Below, piece after piece: positions 63,951 to 64,000 of a DNA stretch of 64,000 bases (positions are counted from its first letter, which is position 1; every line of letters begins with the position of its first letter). The notes below the pieces were generated by a model. The model saw only the letters and a program-made list of their open reading frames with translations. It did no database searches and was not told the origin of the DNA. Source of the stretch: Sminthopsis crassicaudata. Taxonomy: Eukaryota. The stretch spans positions 419,138,562 to 419,202,561 of the forward strand of contig NC_133618.1 of NCBI RefSeq assembly GCF_048593235.1, in the 5' to 3' direction. The translations under genes were made by a program, and so were the position numbers.

Positions 63951-64000
63951 GTTTGGCCTGGAACATCCTTCTACTCCTGGGACCAGCTCACTATGGAATA

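Noticed and set aside
1-64000. Prokaryotic-type system (operon, CRISPR array, defence island, phage)
   Set aside because: The sequence is mammalian. There are no long intact ORFs, no regularly spaced repeat-spacer array and no operon structure.

Overview
This is AT-rich mammalian genomic DNA, almost certainly marsupial and probably dasyurid (Tasmanian-devil-like). That inference rests on WSINE1- and Mar1-type SINEs, marsupial L1/HAL1/RTE LINEs and an OC1-like hAT MITE. There are three assembly gaps. Bases 1-50 kb are repeat-dense intergenic/intronic sequence with several nested retroelements. A CpG-island promoter with a probable non-coding first exon of an unidentified plus-strand gene lies at about 51.0-52.3 kb, followed by a repeat-poorer first intron. 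I cannot identify any intact protein-coding gene by name, and I see no rRNA, tRNA, CRISPR or prokaryotic system. The longer entries in the ORF track are L1/HAL1/RTE/CR1 relics, microsatellite translations or N-gap artefacts. The most notable observations: (1) a 957-bp miniature ERV with two LTRs, a tRNA-Lys-like PBS, an MGQ gag start and a 6-bp TSD, resembling a TRIM; (2) a near-perfect hairpin that forms a forward-inverted-forward micro-triplication; (3) a full-length ORF1-only HAL1; (4) a candidate 15-nt microexon; (5) a Z-DNA tract and GCN repeat at the promoter. Repeat family names come from recalled consensus sequences, not a database search, and most repeat boundaries are approximate (tens of bp) unless TSDs are given.
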